64,000 nt of DNA from Amoeboaphelidium protococcarum X5. Its lineage: Eukaryota > Fungi > Aphelidiomycota. Below the pieces are notes generated by a model. It was not told where the DNA came from and searched no databases. It worked only from the letters and a program-made list of their open reading frames with translations. Positions 1 through 15,600 of this stretch are shown here, one piece after another. Positions within the stretch are counted from its first letter, which is position 1; every line of letters starts with the position of its first letter. A program made the translations under genes and the position numbers. The stretch is taken from NCBI GenBank assembly GCA_023515725.1, contig JALDTO010000266.1, positions 1,819,608 through 1,883,607 of the forward strand. The letters are read 5' to 3'.

Positions 1-268
1 CCACTCCCTTCAACCTCATGTCTTTGATCCTACTCCTGAACTCTTTGCTCGTAATGCCACCATATCTTGTAGCATTGTCATCAATGAGATTCTTCTTTGT
101 CGCGTCGAGAGATCCTTTAATATCCTGCACCAGATTCTTTGGCACGCCTTTAGGAACAAACTGCTATGCTCTATCCTTGATCTAATCAAATAAATTCTTC
201 TTCGCACCCTGCTACGATGAATTGTATCTAATCGCTGCCTTATAAAGTATCTATCTAGATCTGATCAT
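1..268 (-). CDS. 5' part of an unknown protein, possibly mitochondrion-targeted; runs off the window edge
   Basis: With TAR=Gln reads MIRSRQILYKAAIRYNSSQQGAKKNLFDQIK... with no TGA to position 1; the Arg-rich N-terminus ending RYNSS resembles a presequence. Confidence 0.45.
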
Positions 269-997
269 GTTTAATGAGACTCGCTTATATAAAATGATTA
301 AAATGTTCTTATAACGATTAAGCTGTACTCTTTTAAGGATGAAAATCTGATTGACGCAAAGTCAACACGCAACGAAATAGAAAACTTGTCAAAATTTATA
401 GAGGCATTCAATAGAAAGTCCGTACAAGATGGCTTTAAAATTTGTTATATACTGCACATACGGCGCAAAACAAAAAATAAATTCATATAGCCAGTCAAAG
501 TGCAAGATAGATAAGAAAGTGAAAGAGTAATAGAGAATCAGAATTAAGTTTGGTAGCGGATGTTTTGTACAGCATGGCACTCTGGATCAGTCAAAATAAC
601 TTTGACTGTTGTAGAGTGCACTCTGACAAATGCCAAATTCATCACATTCTCTAATACCAAATATTAAACAGCTAATGATCATTTATACGTTATATGGAGT
701 ATAAAGAGCATTAAAACAGTTAATGGACGCGTCGAATACACAGTCACATTGCTTTACGTGCAATTCAGAGAAGCCTTTTTAAATGAAGGAGAATGATAGA
801 AGAAAGTTTTCACCGAAAACCTAACGAACGAGAAGCGTTTGAGCGACGCAAAGGCGAAAAGGTTCATTTGATCGACTCTCATTTGTTTGAGCAGACGCGT
901 TTTAGCCATTCTACATCAAGATTAGTGTAACTCAAAAGTTAAGAGATTATCATATCAACAGTCAACCAACGTTTAATATTATCATAATATCAATCAA

Positions 998-2496
998 TCA
1001 CTTCTGAAGGCATTGAGAGAGGGCCTCCTTGATCGCTTCCAGAGTGTTTTCGACGTGCTTGCGCTCCGTCTCAGTGACCGATAGTCCCATATGACCGATA
1101 CGGAAGTACTGCGGTGCAATATCCTTGTGTAGACCACCAGCTAGAACTACACCATTCTAACCAATCTTGGGCAGTAGATCGCCAGCCTTCACCCCTTAAG
1201 GATAATACACAGCGGTTAGAGTATTGGCAGCCACTTGGCGATTGACAGGCACCAGCTTCAAGCCTAATTCACCAGTCAGAGTATCCTTAATCTTTTTACT
1301 CGCAGCCTCATGACTGGCAAAACGCTTCTCCATTCCCTGGGCAAGAATCTACTTCAGAGACACATACAGAGCCATGATCAAATTAACTGCCGGAGTGGCG
1401 AAATAACTCGGCTTCCTAGCTTCGTGCGACTGCATAATGGGGATCCAATTCTTCCAAGAGCAGTAGTAGTTATACACATGAGTCTTACGATTCTAGAACA
1501 CTTGGATGGCGCGCTATGAAGCGACAAATATACACAATCCAGAGGGAACACCTAGAGCCTTCTAACTTCCAGTCATTACAAAATCAACATCCCATTCATC
1601 CATGTAGAATCTCTCACCGGCAAGGGAGCAGACAGCATCCACACAAACAACAGCGTCAGGACACGTATCTCTGACAGCTTTCACAATCTCCTTGATATTA
1701 GACACCACAACACCTGTGGATGTATCAACGTGAGTAATGTTGACCAACTTGTAATTCTTCCCAGTCAGAGCCTCCCAGATGGACTTCATAGATGGAACAT
1801 CACCAATCTGAGGTGCGCGGACATGCGTTGCTTTGAACCCGTACGATTCTAAACAATCTCCGAAGCTATCGCCAAAATATCCGGTATTGATGACCAGAGC
1901 TTCATCCCCTGCCTCCATCAAATTACATACGGCAGAGTCCCATCCAAGAGTTCCACTCCCACTAAGAATGAACGGTTACCCCGACTACACACAATTAACC
2001 ATAAGGGATTTATCAAATATACGATGTGATCATGGACATATCAACACTGTGATAAGTTACCTTAGTGAATACAACCTGGCGCAGCATTTCCAGAGACTCG
2101 CCAAACATGTCAATAAATTTTGGAGCTACATGAGATGTTCCATGGGTAGCCATTGCAGCCAGCACATCCTCATGGAACTCAATCGGGCCTACACATAACA
2201 TAGCACAGTGATATCAATCATGATATGCATGAGGCCAGAAAAATAAACTTACCAGGAATCATCAGCAACTTTTTGCTCAGCAAAGATCCGCTATTATTAT
2301 TACAATTATTATTGCTAGTCATATTTGCTTTGGGTAATATATTGTTGCAAAGTGTTCTGAAATAAGAGCGATGCAAATCTAGATTGAGCGATGAACAATC
2401 ACAGCGATTGCCAACACTGAGAGATCTCGCAATGGATGAAAATAGACGACGATTCCTTACAGTAGAGCAGGCGATCCGACAGCAGAGTTGAAACAT
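998..2496 (-). CDS. AGX1: Alanine-glyoxylate aminotransferase (class V PLP enzyme), 2 introns (1985-2060, 2189-2252)
   Basis: Motifs LMIPGP, GSGTLGWD, THVDTSTGV, VDAVCS, TGSQKALG (Q=TAG next to the PLP Lys), YFATPAV, FRIGHMG; start could instead be MTSNNN near 2322. Confidence 0.93.
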
Positions 2497-2896
2497 TTTA
2501 TTATCTCGTGTTAAGAAAAGAGTGAGAGTGAGAGAGAGACTGAGGTAAGGGGAGAGAGCGGGAAGGAGCGTGCAAAAACGGAAAGAGAAGCCGTTTGATT
2601 GTTTAATGGGTTGCATGAATTCATGGTTACACGTTTGGTAGTGAAAGTTGAATTCACCTTAAGTCATCCTAGTTTGGATTGAAGGTTTTAAAAGTACTGT
2701 CTTCGTGCACCGAGAGACGGATTCAGACTCGTTAAAGCCATGTTGGAGTATTATTTTTTAAATAGAATGAAGCATGACATCAGTCGTGATCAGGAGTCCT
2801 GATCAAACTTTAAGGAGATGGTGATTACTTATAGCTTTTGCTTATTTTACTGACTCGGTACTTGTCTTTTAATTTCTTATATTGACTGAATAGAAA

Positions 2897-4465
2897 ATGT
2901 CAGATTAATAGTAATAGGTGGAGGTGGAAGAATAGTTACCTGAAGTGTCTACAGATTAAAATACTTTGGCGAGATCTATATCGAATCACTCTTTAGACGC
3001 GTCATCAGGTACTGCTGAGAGCATAAATGGCTATCAGGACATTGAGGTTGCATAGAAAAGTAATGGTAAATAGCGATCTCGAGTTGGAGTTTTTTGTGGC
3101 TGCTATTCAGGTAGATACAAATGGTTGTATATCATCATCACTATCCTCATCATCCTACTCGTGATCACTGCTGTGGGATTTCTCACCATTTGGCAGCTGG
3201 TGCCTTACATGTTTTAGAGGGCTTTTGCCACTCCACAGACAGGTCCATATCCGCCGTGTGTATTCAGTGACTTTACTGAGAATGGCTTTACTCTGAAAGT
3301 GAATACATCGCTTGGATTTACAAATTACGTGTGGACAGAGATCCATTTCAAGACGCCGATCACTTTTCGTTATCTTGGCTCTTAGCCGCGCGGTGGTAAT
3401 ATCACAGGTCATGATGGAATGGAGGGAATTCTGGTGGCCAAGATGCCATTCCCCGATGTTGCGTTTGGGCGCACTGCATATCAGCTGGATACCATTCTGG
3501 ACTCACAGCTACAGAACACTACGCTATTCGCGCATCTGTGGAAGGTGTGGATTGCTCACTCGAATTATATCAAGACTCCGGAGAAGTTTGTTAATGCACC
3601 CGAGGAAGTGAAGGCTGATACCTGGTGGTTGTTATAGACAAATGTGTCCGTGAAGATGGCCGGCTTGAATTGGGACCATATAACTTTGTCGCGACGTTAA
3701 ATTTGGAATGGCGGTCTTGATCAGGGTGGGAAGTATGTGGAAGTCAATGTTACGGGAACTTCACTGGCCGGCTCACCTGTTAATCCTCAGCTGAAGTTGG
3801 ATTTGAGTTACACTAATTTTGGAGTGATGGCCGTTAATCTGTCCTCACTAGCATTCTCATTGTATACGCTTTATCGCTCTCCAGTTAGACAGAGAACTCT
3901 GCCCGTTAGAATTATGGACAGCAAATGGAACAACTTCTTTTATTAACCTGGCAGTCATAATATCTCGGCTTAGAATTATCTGAACATTAATAAGGTTCCT
4001 TATACTTTAAGGGCGGCAACTCAGCTGGCTACCAATTTTGCGACGAATAGATCCATGATTTTGGTGCTAAATCACTTTAGAACGTACAAGCAGTCAAATG
4101 TGTCCACATAAGATTTAAGCAACTTGAAGCCCAGCGGGGAAGATGGTGTTGGATGGCTAAATGAGGCATTGTCGAGCGTGTCTTTTGTAGTTACAGTCTA
4201 GAGAAGGAAGACGCTTTTGGGCACTCTATTCAGCTATGTCAGTCGAAACAACTAGTCCAGTCCCGATTTAATGACCACCATTAATTAGGTTACTGATGTA
4301 TCAAAGACCAACTCTTCTTTGCTAAATGATGAAGATGTGGTGGTGGCCAAAGTTCCCACCGAGACTATAATTCAAAGCGGTGATCTAATGGGCCTGAACG
4401 GCGTGAATGTTGATGGTTTTACTGAAGATGAGAAGGTGGCTTTGTTAAGCTTGTTTTAGACTTGA
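2897..4465 (+). CDS. 522-aa type II single-pass membrane protein of unknown function
   Basis: Single ATG-to-TGA frame under TAR=Gln; hydrophobic WLYIIITILIILLVITAVGFLTIW followed by a long domain with many N-x-S/T sequons. Confidence 0.7.
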
Positions 4466-4689
4466 ACGGATATACAGTAAAGATGATTGATTTGCGACAG
4501 TAATAGATGCTCTTTAGATCTTTTAAAATACTTTTAGCTTCAATTAAAGATAAATTGGAATGATCATATTTGCTTTCGAGTTATAACTAGTCACTGTAAT
4601 TACACACATTATCACTTTCATAATCCATACTTCAACGCGTAACTTTGAAGGCCAATGCTGAGGCATTACATCAATTACAAAAAAAATGG

Positions 4690-6187
<1,498 letters not shown>

Positions 6188-6405
6188 TACTTTGTTAAAT
6201 ACGTGACACTTTTAGAATTGTAATAAAAGTTCAAGTTTTAAAGCGTCCGTAAAATGATCCGATGGCTTAGCGTGAGTGGCTGATGGGCGATTGGTTTTGA
6301 AAGTTCGAAATCAGCCAATTACATCAAGATGAAACAACCTGTAGTTTAAAAGCAAATGACAAATTCTATATTTAAATACTGTATGGTAACTGCACACTTG
6401 ACCAA

Positions 6406-7512
6406 TCAATCGTCGCTAACGACATTATAATTGTAATCAGTTCCGAAAGCTTTAGCTTCCTCATATAGCCGTTCATCCATGAGATCGTTCTCACTCTAAA
6501 GAAATGACACGTCTGGATCAGCAGAGATATACCTTTCCTCATTAGAATGGAGGAGTGGGCGCCGCTACGAGTTGGCATCGAATAAGTCATTGTATCGCCT
6601 AAAATCAGTTCCGTGGACAGTGTGCCTGAATTCCACAAGCAAGTCTTTAGTGCCAAACGAGTCTCTGATTGCAAACTTGAGTGGCAGGCGGCAGGCACTT
6701 TTAGGCAGCGATGTGAATTCAGCTGTACTAAACGCGGACTGATGCGCTACGGCAGCGATCATCATCTCCAAGCATATAATCCAATGTTAAATCTAAGACG
6801 CTGATCCATTGGATATAACATCAAGCTTCACCATTATAGAAATGACCACGGACTGCCAGAAGGAGAAGAAAAGTACAGCTTTTATGCAGAGAAACTTTGG
6901 CCATGGTCGGAATGGCTCCAAGTCAGGACGCGCACTCATATAGAACATTACAAGACTATACATGGATAACATAACGCTCAGATTATACAATAGAGCCAGA
7001 TATATGTATCCATTATCAGCAGCGATTAAGCCTTCTTCATAAACACCATTAAGACGCAAAATAATTACCAATACAACATGGATGGGTTTAACAATCACAA
7101 ATTAAAGTATTCCACGCTTGAGAAGTAGGAAATTGTCAAGTATTGAGAAATCCACAGGTTTCAGAATGAGATTAAACGGAAGTAGATGAGGTGTTGGTAG
7201 TCTGCCATCATCCAGTTTCATGAGCAAAGCCACCTCTCCATCCAAGTAGCTCATCATCAGATTGAAAAACACCCATAACACAAACGCTTCGTAACAATCT
7301 CGTATAGGATCAAGAAATATAGATGCTTCATGGCTACCAAATGATATCCAGGATGTAACTGCATATATAAGCGGCATAAGCATTATCCTGACAATACATC
7401 TCTAGACTTCAGGTCTTTTGTAACATTTCCAATGACTCCAGATACCATGCAAGGATATGACTAATGCAGCGATAGCGAAAATTCCGGCGATCCAAAATGC
7501 CGCATTAACCAT
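6406..7512 (-). CDS. TMEM184: TMEM184/organic solute transporter alpha family membrane protein, 368 aa
   Basis: QRCIVRIMLMPLIYA, IRDCYEAFV, KFLCIKAVLFFSFWQ, EMMIAAVAH; four standard-code ORFs join in one frame through TAR codons. Confidence 0.9.
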
Positions 7513-8296
7513 TCTTAACAGTATTACGAAATACACAATAAATGGACGCTTAAGGAGAGATATTTCTGCTAGAATATTTAGCTATATAAAATGAGTGAAA
7601 CAACTCAGATGGAAGTTCAAGAAACGCGAGAACAAAACACGACAAGAACGATTTTATAGAGCTCTCTGGCTTGTTCAACGATGATATGGTGTATTTTCCC
7701 TCACTCTGTCGAACACCGTTCTTTAAAGAATCTACTATCCACTGAGGAGAGACAATGTACAGCTGTCTACCTTGAGCAAAATCACCGTGAAGTTTATGCA
7801 TTTTGTTCTGTGCCAATTAAGTGCATACAATATGCGTTACTGTTTCTTTTGAGTAGAACGATCTAACTGTGCCTCCATTTTCACTTAGAGCATGTTTCAA
7901 GTCATAATCTCGTACATCAGGCCCCAGGTATCCTACAGATTTGCACTTATTAACATTACTGATGATTCAAATTGAATACAATTCAAGTTTACCGGTAAAA
8001 TAAACATAGACACCACTAAATATTTTGGTTGTGGCGGGCGTTACTTGCTGACGCAGTTTTACTTGGCGCTGTTCAAAGTGCCTTCGCAACTTCATCCTTG
8101 CCTATCCGTTGACACGTTCTTCTGCCGAAACGTTGGTAGGATTATGATAAACCTCCTGAGGATATTGCAACTTAGCCTGAGCTTTCGCTACTTTACTTGG
8201 CGTTCTATTTCTACGCATTAAAGTTTTAGCTTTGGAGACGTCGAAGTTTTTTAGCTGAGAACCTTTTCTGAATACAAACGCCATCGTTAGTTTCAT
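7409..8296 (-). CDS. Rev1-type single BRCT-domain protein, intron 7933-7992; 3' end uncertain
   Basis: IFSGVYVYFTGY...GG...VTHIVC...VSPQWIVDS BRCT signature; first in-frame TGA lies inside the TMEM184 gene. Confidence 0.7.
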
Positions 8297-8361
8297 CTCG
8301 TTACTGCAATTTTTAAGAGCTCGCGAAAGAGGACATAACTAGCATTCGATAAACTTTTACA

Positions 8362-9567
8362 ATGGGGAATTCTACCAAGGTGTCGACAGCTATAGACTTG
8401 GCTAGGAATACTGATGATTTAGATCTGAGCTATTGCGAATTGAGAAAGATGCCGCCTCAAGTAAATTTATCTGTTTGGAGCGTGATGCGTTAGAAATTTG
8501 TTGTGACGCCCATATCGACTACGTATTGTAGGCATTCCTATTGAAGAAGGTCAAAGTTATAAATGTTGCTGGCAATAAAATTAGAGACTTGACACAGGCT
8601 AGATTAGACAAATTCAAGCACTTAATCACGCTAGACGCCGCCGGTATTGTCTCCTCTACTGTACCTTGCGTTTTATAGTGTTTATTATCTTATTCATCGA
8701 GCTCTGTAGGAAATTGCATTGTGGAATTTCCCGCGTCTCTGCTGAGTGTCAAATTCCTGCTAACGTTAAATCTTGCATTTAATTAGATTAATACTCTTCC
8801 CTCCGATATTGGAATGTTGAAGCAACTAGTTTCGCTAGACTTGTCTGGTAATGTTCTGACATCTATTCCATCTGAAATCTCTTAGCTGTCTTCACTACAA
8901 GTTTTCAAGTTGGAAAAGAATCGTTTGACATCTTTACCTGGCTCTTTGTCATAATTGACTGTAATGTGCTCCTTGCCGCTGGCAGTAAGCAGTATCCCAT
9001 TTTGTGCATTATGTATGTAGGCTCTGTAAAAGTTGACTTTGCATGAGAATCAATTCTAGAGCATCCCAGCTGTCTTGGCGCAGCTCAAATTGTTTGAAAT
9101 AAACTTACAAAAGAACTTGATATACACTCTGGAGGTAATTTTAATACAATTTGAACGCGTAATACTATTGTTTGATTGTAGCCTTAAATTGTCCTTGACT
9201 TGGCGAAATGCAAAAAAGTTCAAGTCATAGATCTCAGGTATGTGATTTTTGGTGTCACTTATTAAGACGATATAAATTTGTGTAGTTACAATCGATTAAA
9301 AGCTGTACCAACTGAAATTACAGAATTGTTTCAATTGCGCGAATTAAATCTAATGTGAGTACCACAAGTCTTCTATATAGTCACACATCAATGCCGTCTT
9401 TGTAGGGGAAACAAGATTGTAACGTGGCCTAACAATACAAAGTCGCTTTTGTTTATCAAATATCAGTTTGAAGACGAGTAGGCACTAGATTAAGATAATG
9501 TGAAATTCACCGTTACTGTTTAAATGCTCTATGCTGTAGGAATAAGGAGCAGCTGTGGAGCAATTGA
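8362..9567 (+). CDS. Leucine-rich repeat protein, about 7 introns
   Basis: Repeated LxxLxLxxNxLxxLP units (LVSLDLSGNVLTSIPSEISQL, FKLEKNRLTSLP); GT...tgtag introns; MGNS N-terminus. Confidence 0.8.
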
Positions 9568-9707
9568 CAGACAGCATCCAGTGAATCTGATTGAAGGCTT
9601 GCTATAGAATGCCCCCTTGGTCACGCGTTTAGCTGTTTTACTTCTTTCATTTCAAGGTATATTCAGCCATTTCACATTATCAACATATACCATATACCAC
9701 ACTAATA

Positions 9708-10313
9708 ATGAGCTCAATAGACGCAAAGATTGTGATTGTCGGGCCTGCATCGGTTGGCAAGTCTTCTATTGCGAAGCGATTCGTAAGAAATGAATACAGT
9801 GGGGATCGCGTTGCCACCATTGGAGCTGCATTACTTACAAAGACTCTTAATCTATAAGGCAATATTATAAATATGTAAATCTGGGACACTGCTGGACAAG
9901 AATAGTATCGATCACTAACGCCACTATACTACAGGAATGCGATGGGAGCGATAGCTGTATTTGACGCGAGCTAACCAGAGACTATGACTGATTTGCGATA
10001 TTGGCTACGCCAGTTGGCGATTAATCGAATTCCTCTAGTGTCAATAGTTGGCAATAAATGTGACCTCATAGACCCGGATTAATTATAGGATATTGTTAAG
10101 AGTGCCAGGGAATGCTTACAGTTAGAGGAAGATAAAAAAATTCATTTTACATCAGCACTGACAGGAGAGGGCGTTGAATAGATATTTTCAACACTTGCAT
10201 AGCTGATATGTAAGATAGAAGGTGTGAATCTGCGCGAAAGCTAAAAGAAACTGCAAAATGTAGACATTTAGGATACGCAACAGAGTGACAGGACGCGTTG
10301 CTGCTTCCTTTGA
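9708..10313 (+). CDS. Rab-family small GTPase (divergent, Rab5/21/22-like), 201 aa
   Basis: GPASVGKS, TIGAA, IWDTAGQE, YYRNA, VGNKCD, TSA, C-terminal CCFL prenylation motif; invisible to the standard-code ORF track. Confidence 0.93.
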
Positions 10314-11073
10314 CAACAACCTAAATATATCGGTCTGATTAATGATTAGGATGTGATGAATTCAATAAATGTCGTTATTACACAGATAGACGGTGTGTAT
10401 CTGCTTTGACCAACGATAGCTTTATGCGCGAAAGTACCGTAACAATGGCAGAAATTTATATTGGTCAAATCTGAAATTGTAAATCATTAGATGGACTGCA
10501 ATTAATAAGAATCGACCTGAGTTATGGATGAAAATAAAAGAAACGCGCGATCTTGACAATTCAAAATAAGCTCCATTTTCTGCTAAAATGCAAGTATAGA
10601 GCCATGAGGCCGGATCATATTAAGAGACATTATTAAATCGATTGGTCATCACGCCGAATATGGTAAATTTAATCGATATTGTACTTTAAAAGAAAAAGTA
10701 AGTGCCGATTGATATGCGGCGACAATTGACTGAAAGCCTCTAACGATCTCCCGATCAAGGACGTCAACCTCGGCCGTTCAAGGACCATTGGATATACAAA
10801 ATAAAGTGATAGACTTGCAATATTTTGATAACATACGGTGTAATTACTGTGGTTTAATAGTTACAAACATACTATAATTTGAAGACGCCATTGATAATAT
10901 ATCTCGACCTCTACGAAACGCGTCTTAAGTGATTGATTCTTCACTTAGCCACAACAAATTCTGTAGTAAGACTTCATCTTACCAAAAATAGCGTGGAATT
11001 TCGCGTCTCAAAGAACACCTTGAAGTCCTAATAATCAAGCAAGCTGCATGTTCGTCAAGAAAACAAAAAACAA

Positions 11074-11145
11074 CTCCCAATCGGAGAATCGAACTCCGGC
11101 CACTTCGGTGAGAGCGAAGGATCCTAACCACTGGACCAATTGGGT
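11074..11145 (-). tRNA. tRNA-Glu(CTC)
   Basis: Cloverleaf with D-arm GTCC/GGAT, anticodon arm CTTCG-CT-CTC-AC-CGAAG and T-arm CGGAG-TTCGATT-CTCCG; downstream T-run terminator; A1-A72 mismatch. Confidence 0.9.
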
Positions 11146-12019
11146 AATTTAAATGCACACGCGTCGATCAAGTATCAACAACTGATTCTGTGGGGCTGAA
11201 ATGATCGACATTGTTTCAAGTGCGCGCCTCTCTCATCATTGACGTCTCGAATAGGCAAGTATCTGCAGTATATTTGCGCGCCACTTATGAACATTGATTT
11301 CTTCCACTTAACGTGTTAATAGAGTATTTATCTTATTAACATATTTTATCTTCCTGTACTTCTGTTGGTGTCTCTGTTTGACTCTTAAACTTTGCATATA
11401 GCTTCCCGTCTGTTCCTATTGTGTTTATACCGTAGTCTGTCCTATTGTATCAAATTGAAGTCCGACCTCTGTGTATTATACCAAAGTAAATTTTCGTAGT
11501 AGATTGAAAACCGGCATTGCTAAATGCTTCATGTTCCTGCCAAAGTTCCTCAGTTCCTTGACATCACAGCATGTATGACCTTTGTTTAGGTATCTCTACT
11601 GCCTCCAAGAGTACTGATAGCTTATCCGGTAGTAGCGATACGAACATTTACATGGAGTGCTTTATCAGTCTATTGTTGTATTCACGATATGACACTACAT
11701 CATCGATTATTAATGTTGTCATCTGAGGACCGGTGTAACTCCATGCGTATTCTAATCTCAGATGACAGTAACACAGAGTGACTATGAGCCAATAGACTGT
11801 TCTCATTTCGATCAAAATCTCTCAATGATCGTACGTGACGCGATCATCCACTATCCGCTGTAACTTGCTGCGTTACATGTAACCTGACATGACTTGTGGT
11901 ATAAATTGAGCAGATGACTATCTCCACTTCTCTTTTCTATAATAAATAAATATAACTTATTAATATCAAATATATACGTGATATACTAAAAATACTATAC
12001 AATACAATCTATATATAAA

Positions 12020-12472
12020 ATGAGAGTTTAACTATTTGCAACTGCTATTCTGTCTCTGTCCAGTTACTAATGCGCGCCAATTATTGGTGGTGATCTACTG
12101 TCTAATGTCTAAAATCTGGCTGGCGGTGTGACTGGTGGTGCTCTAAAGCCTGATGGAGGAGGAATGGGTATACCTGGCGATATCACTGGAGTCGCTGACA
12201 AAATCCTTGGTAATTTCCAGTCCTATCTCTCTCACGGTGGTGTCAACTCATTGTCACAATTAGTGGGTGGCAAGTAGGGATTGAATGCATGGGGCGGACT
12301 GTTGTCTGGTCTAAGCAATTTATTGACCCAGCAGGGTGCTGGCGCTGCAAGTCCTCAAGTCCCCATGAACGGAATGGCGTAACAAGGTCCGGCTGCTTCG
12401 GCTGGAAGTTCCGCCAATTCAAAGTCACCTTCCACTCCTCCTCAGACCGCGTATTCTGTTTAATCTGCATGA
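12020..12472 (+). CDS. Small secreted Gly-rich protein, 150 aa
   Basis: MRVQLFATAILSLSSYQCAP signal-like N-terminus, Gly/Leu-rich body, TGA stop; ATGTAAC and TATAAA upstream. Confidence 0.75.
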
Positions 12473-12631
12473 TTTTCAGATTCAGTTTTATTTGAATGAA
12501 GAATCAGAAATACATTTTTTTATTTAATTTGAAACTTTTAAATCTTGATCGATTTTTCTAACAGATCATGTTGTTTCGACTGTTGCAATTTTTGGAGCGC
12601 TGTCGTTTAAAGTTCTACAAGAACTCAATCT

Positions 12632-15600
12632 TCACGATATCGTCTGTAACTGAATTGCGCGCTTGCCAAGCCGCGTAGATCCTTCTTCCCTTTAGATGTT
12701 GCCGCTAGCTTTGCTACACAGATAAGGCGGTCTTTCAAGCCCTGCTAATATAGCTTTTGCGACATTCACCAAATTCTCCGCGGCCATGATATCACGGTGA
12801 AAAAACTTATGACTATCTACAATACTTTACACGCTAACCAAAGCTTTCGCACATTCGGCCGCAGCATGTAGCTTTTTAGGAGGTGAGATATTCATTTAGA
12901 TAGATGACAGGATATCCTAGACTCTTGACCTTTGCTACGAAGTACTTTTCAAAAGATAAATGAGTAGTTTACTTACTCTCAAACTACGCATCACCAAGAC
13001 CAAATATAACTCTTCTAGTTAATTTTACCATCCACCATTTTTAAAATGGCATTTGTAGCCCGGTCATATTCCGCTCTTTACGCTTTCTTTTAATCCCATG
13101 AAGCTCTTATCCATCGACTATTGCAGTAAAACTCTCTAAGTTCAAGACATGTTGCTATATAACGAACCCAATTATCTAATAGTGATTCGGCCTATAGACG
13201 TTCCAGAGAGCGTTCGGCATTCTAAACCGTAAGAGATCTCTCGCCAAACCACTTTCTAAATCTTCTATTTGGCTCGTTCAATGCAGCAGACTTAATCGTA
13301 AGTGATCGCAATTGACGACTTTCGCCAGCTCCTTTCTCGGCTACCGCACCCACTGTATACCTCTCCCCGATATCAATACAGCATATCCAGTAGTCAGACA
13401 ACTCAATTGCTGGCACGCGAATCCGACTCGAAAACTTCCTTTGGATCTTCACTCTAGTAGCTTAAGCGCCTTTCAGCAAAGAGCGAGAACCACTTTGAAC
13501 ACGTTCTACTGGCTTTGACTACTAGGTGTTTATGCAATGAACCTTCAACACTAACCCATTGGTTAGGAAAGTACTGCCAAGAATCTTGCTGTTAGTAGAT
13601 ATTGGATCATAGTCTCTGAGCAATCGAAGACCTCCATTCATCTTCAAGCCAAGAATGCCAGCCAACGTTTCTCCCTTCTGCTTCATTAGTTTACCATTTT
13701 GATACCATTCATTTAATTCCAGGCGTAAGCTTTACGCAGACACATCACTTAATCCGTTCTAAATAAGCTGCTACTCAGCGACATCCCAGCAATTAGTAAT
13801 CACACTCTATATAAGCTGCATTAACGAATTTTCAGTAAAAGTCACATAACACTCTGACAGTGACGAAAGAGAGTAAGTACATTGCTCTTCCTCAGGTAGT
13901 AGAGAATTTAATGTCTCATACGTTTAGAAAATTGAATCCAGCATATCAATCTCAGTTGTTTAATCGCGCTTGCTTTCATCAAACTCCAAGACTTTGGCAG
14001 CAAGGAGCTCCATACGACCAATAACTTGGGTAGCAAACTCAAAATCTAAAACTATAGCCAATTAATCAATGATCTACGAAACGGTAATCCTTCTGTCGAA
14101 CTAACCTTAAAGCTTGTCTAGAATCGTTGACTAATCTTTAATTAACTATCCAAACTTCAGCACAGCAGCACATTTCTGGCTGCGCGTAGATTTCCCATTG
14201 CGCAAGAACCGTAATATACCCTGCCAAAATTTACGACCACATTGTCCAGGAGTATCAGCATAGCAGATACTGTCTAACAGTTAAATCTAGTCAGGAAAAT
14301 TCTTTAAAATGGTATCAATAAACCACCGCGCCCCGAGCTAAGCCATTCTCTTAAGGAGATTCATCTCTTTCACTACAGTATCAATGGAATACTTCAATAA
14401 GATTTGCAAGGCAGCAGATGCTTAGCCTTTCGACAAAGACTTTTATATATGACCAATTTCTATAGTGCAAATAGCATGACGTCGGTTAAGTGACCGAAAA
14501 AGCTGTGTTCCTAACTGTTGGTTCTCTTCTTACCAGAAGGCATTGCAGTCACTTTATCGCGAGTTTTGGCACTACTTTGACGATAGTTCCCGCGCTACAC
14601 CTTATCAGACTTACTGGAGTCACGGCGTCTCTTGTTACGGTGTCTATTATTTGCAACTAGCTGCTATAAATCTTCAGAGCTTCCATGAGCATCATTCTAC
14701 TGATCCGACTCTTATTCTATCGTTCTCGTCACTTTTATCGGCGGTATCTCAGACTTGGAAGGACGATTCACATCAACGGCTTTATATAGATATCGGCCCT
14801 TTCTGCAGATTTTACCAGCTTCAGCAAGAGCATTCTTCTCGAACAGGGGACAGAATCTATTATATCCCTAATACTTTTTTGGCAACTACAAATACTTAAC
14901 CGACTCACGGTCATGGCCTACTTGATGGCGACTTTTCTTCCATTCTTAATACAACCGAGCCTTATCATCTTTCAGCTATTCCACCTACTTTATCCATCTG
15001 CCATATAATGATTTTAACGCGTTAAGCATCAGGCAGTTACGCTCATCGAATGATAAATCGGCAGATGCAGCTATCTCCTCTAGATTCTCGATCATACTCC
15101 ACTCAATGACATCAGCACTGCAAATTTATTGAACCACGCAATTAAGTGTACAACTTTACTGATGAGTACGGCCTTCTTCATTAAGGGACTGATTCTTGAA
15201 AGACTCGTAACAATCATCAAACACTTGCAAAGCCACGTCAAATTGCGATCCTGCATCCATAATCTTGGCATACTACGCGACAATCTGCTTCACATTATAA
15301 CCAAAGTCGATAGAGCGGATAATATTCAGATTCTTCCTAAAACCAAAGCCATACACATTATCGGAGTAATCATTCCCAGATACAATCGCCAGAGAAACCC
15401 ACTAATCGTTACTGATCTTCAGTTTTGAGCACACGGCACTAAGTTCCATCACAAAAAATTTCATCAAGCCTGATTTAAATGTGGGTTTAGCAGCAACCTT
15501 TATATTCTTGTGCATGAGTAAATCAGAATCAAAACTTATGGCAACGATGGGCTAGCAGAACTTTGCAATGTGGACATCGGCCTCACCAGCAGCGAGATCG

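Noticed and set aside
11236-11806. Possible minus-strand secreted protein
   Set aside because: The ATG frame hits TGA near 11563 and no homology is recognisable; at best a degraded fragment
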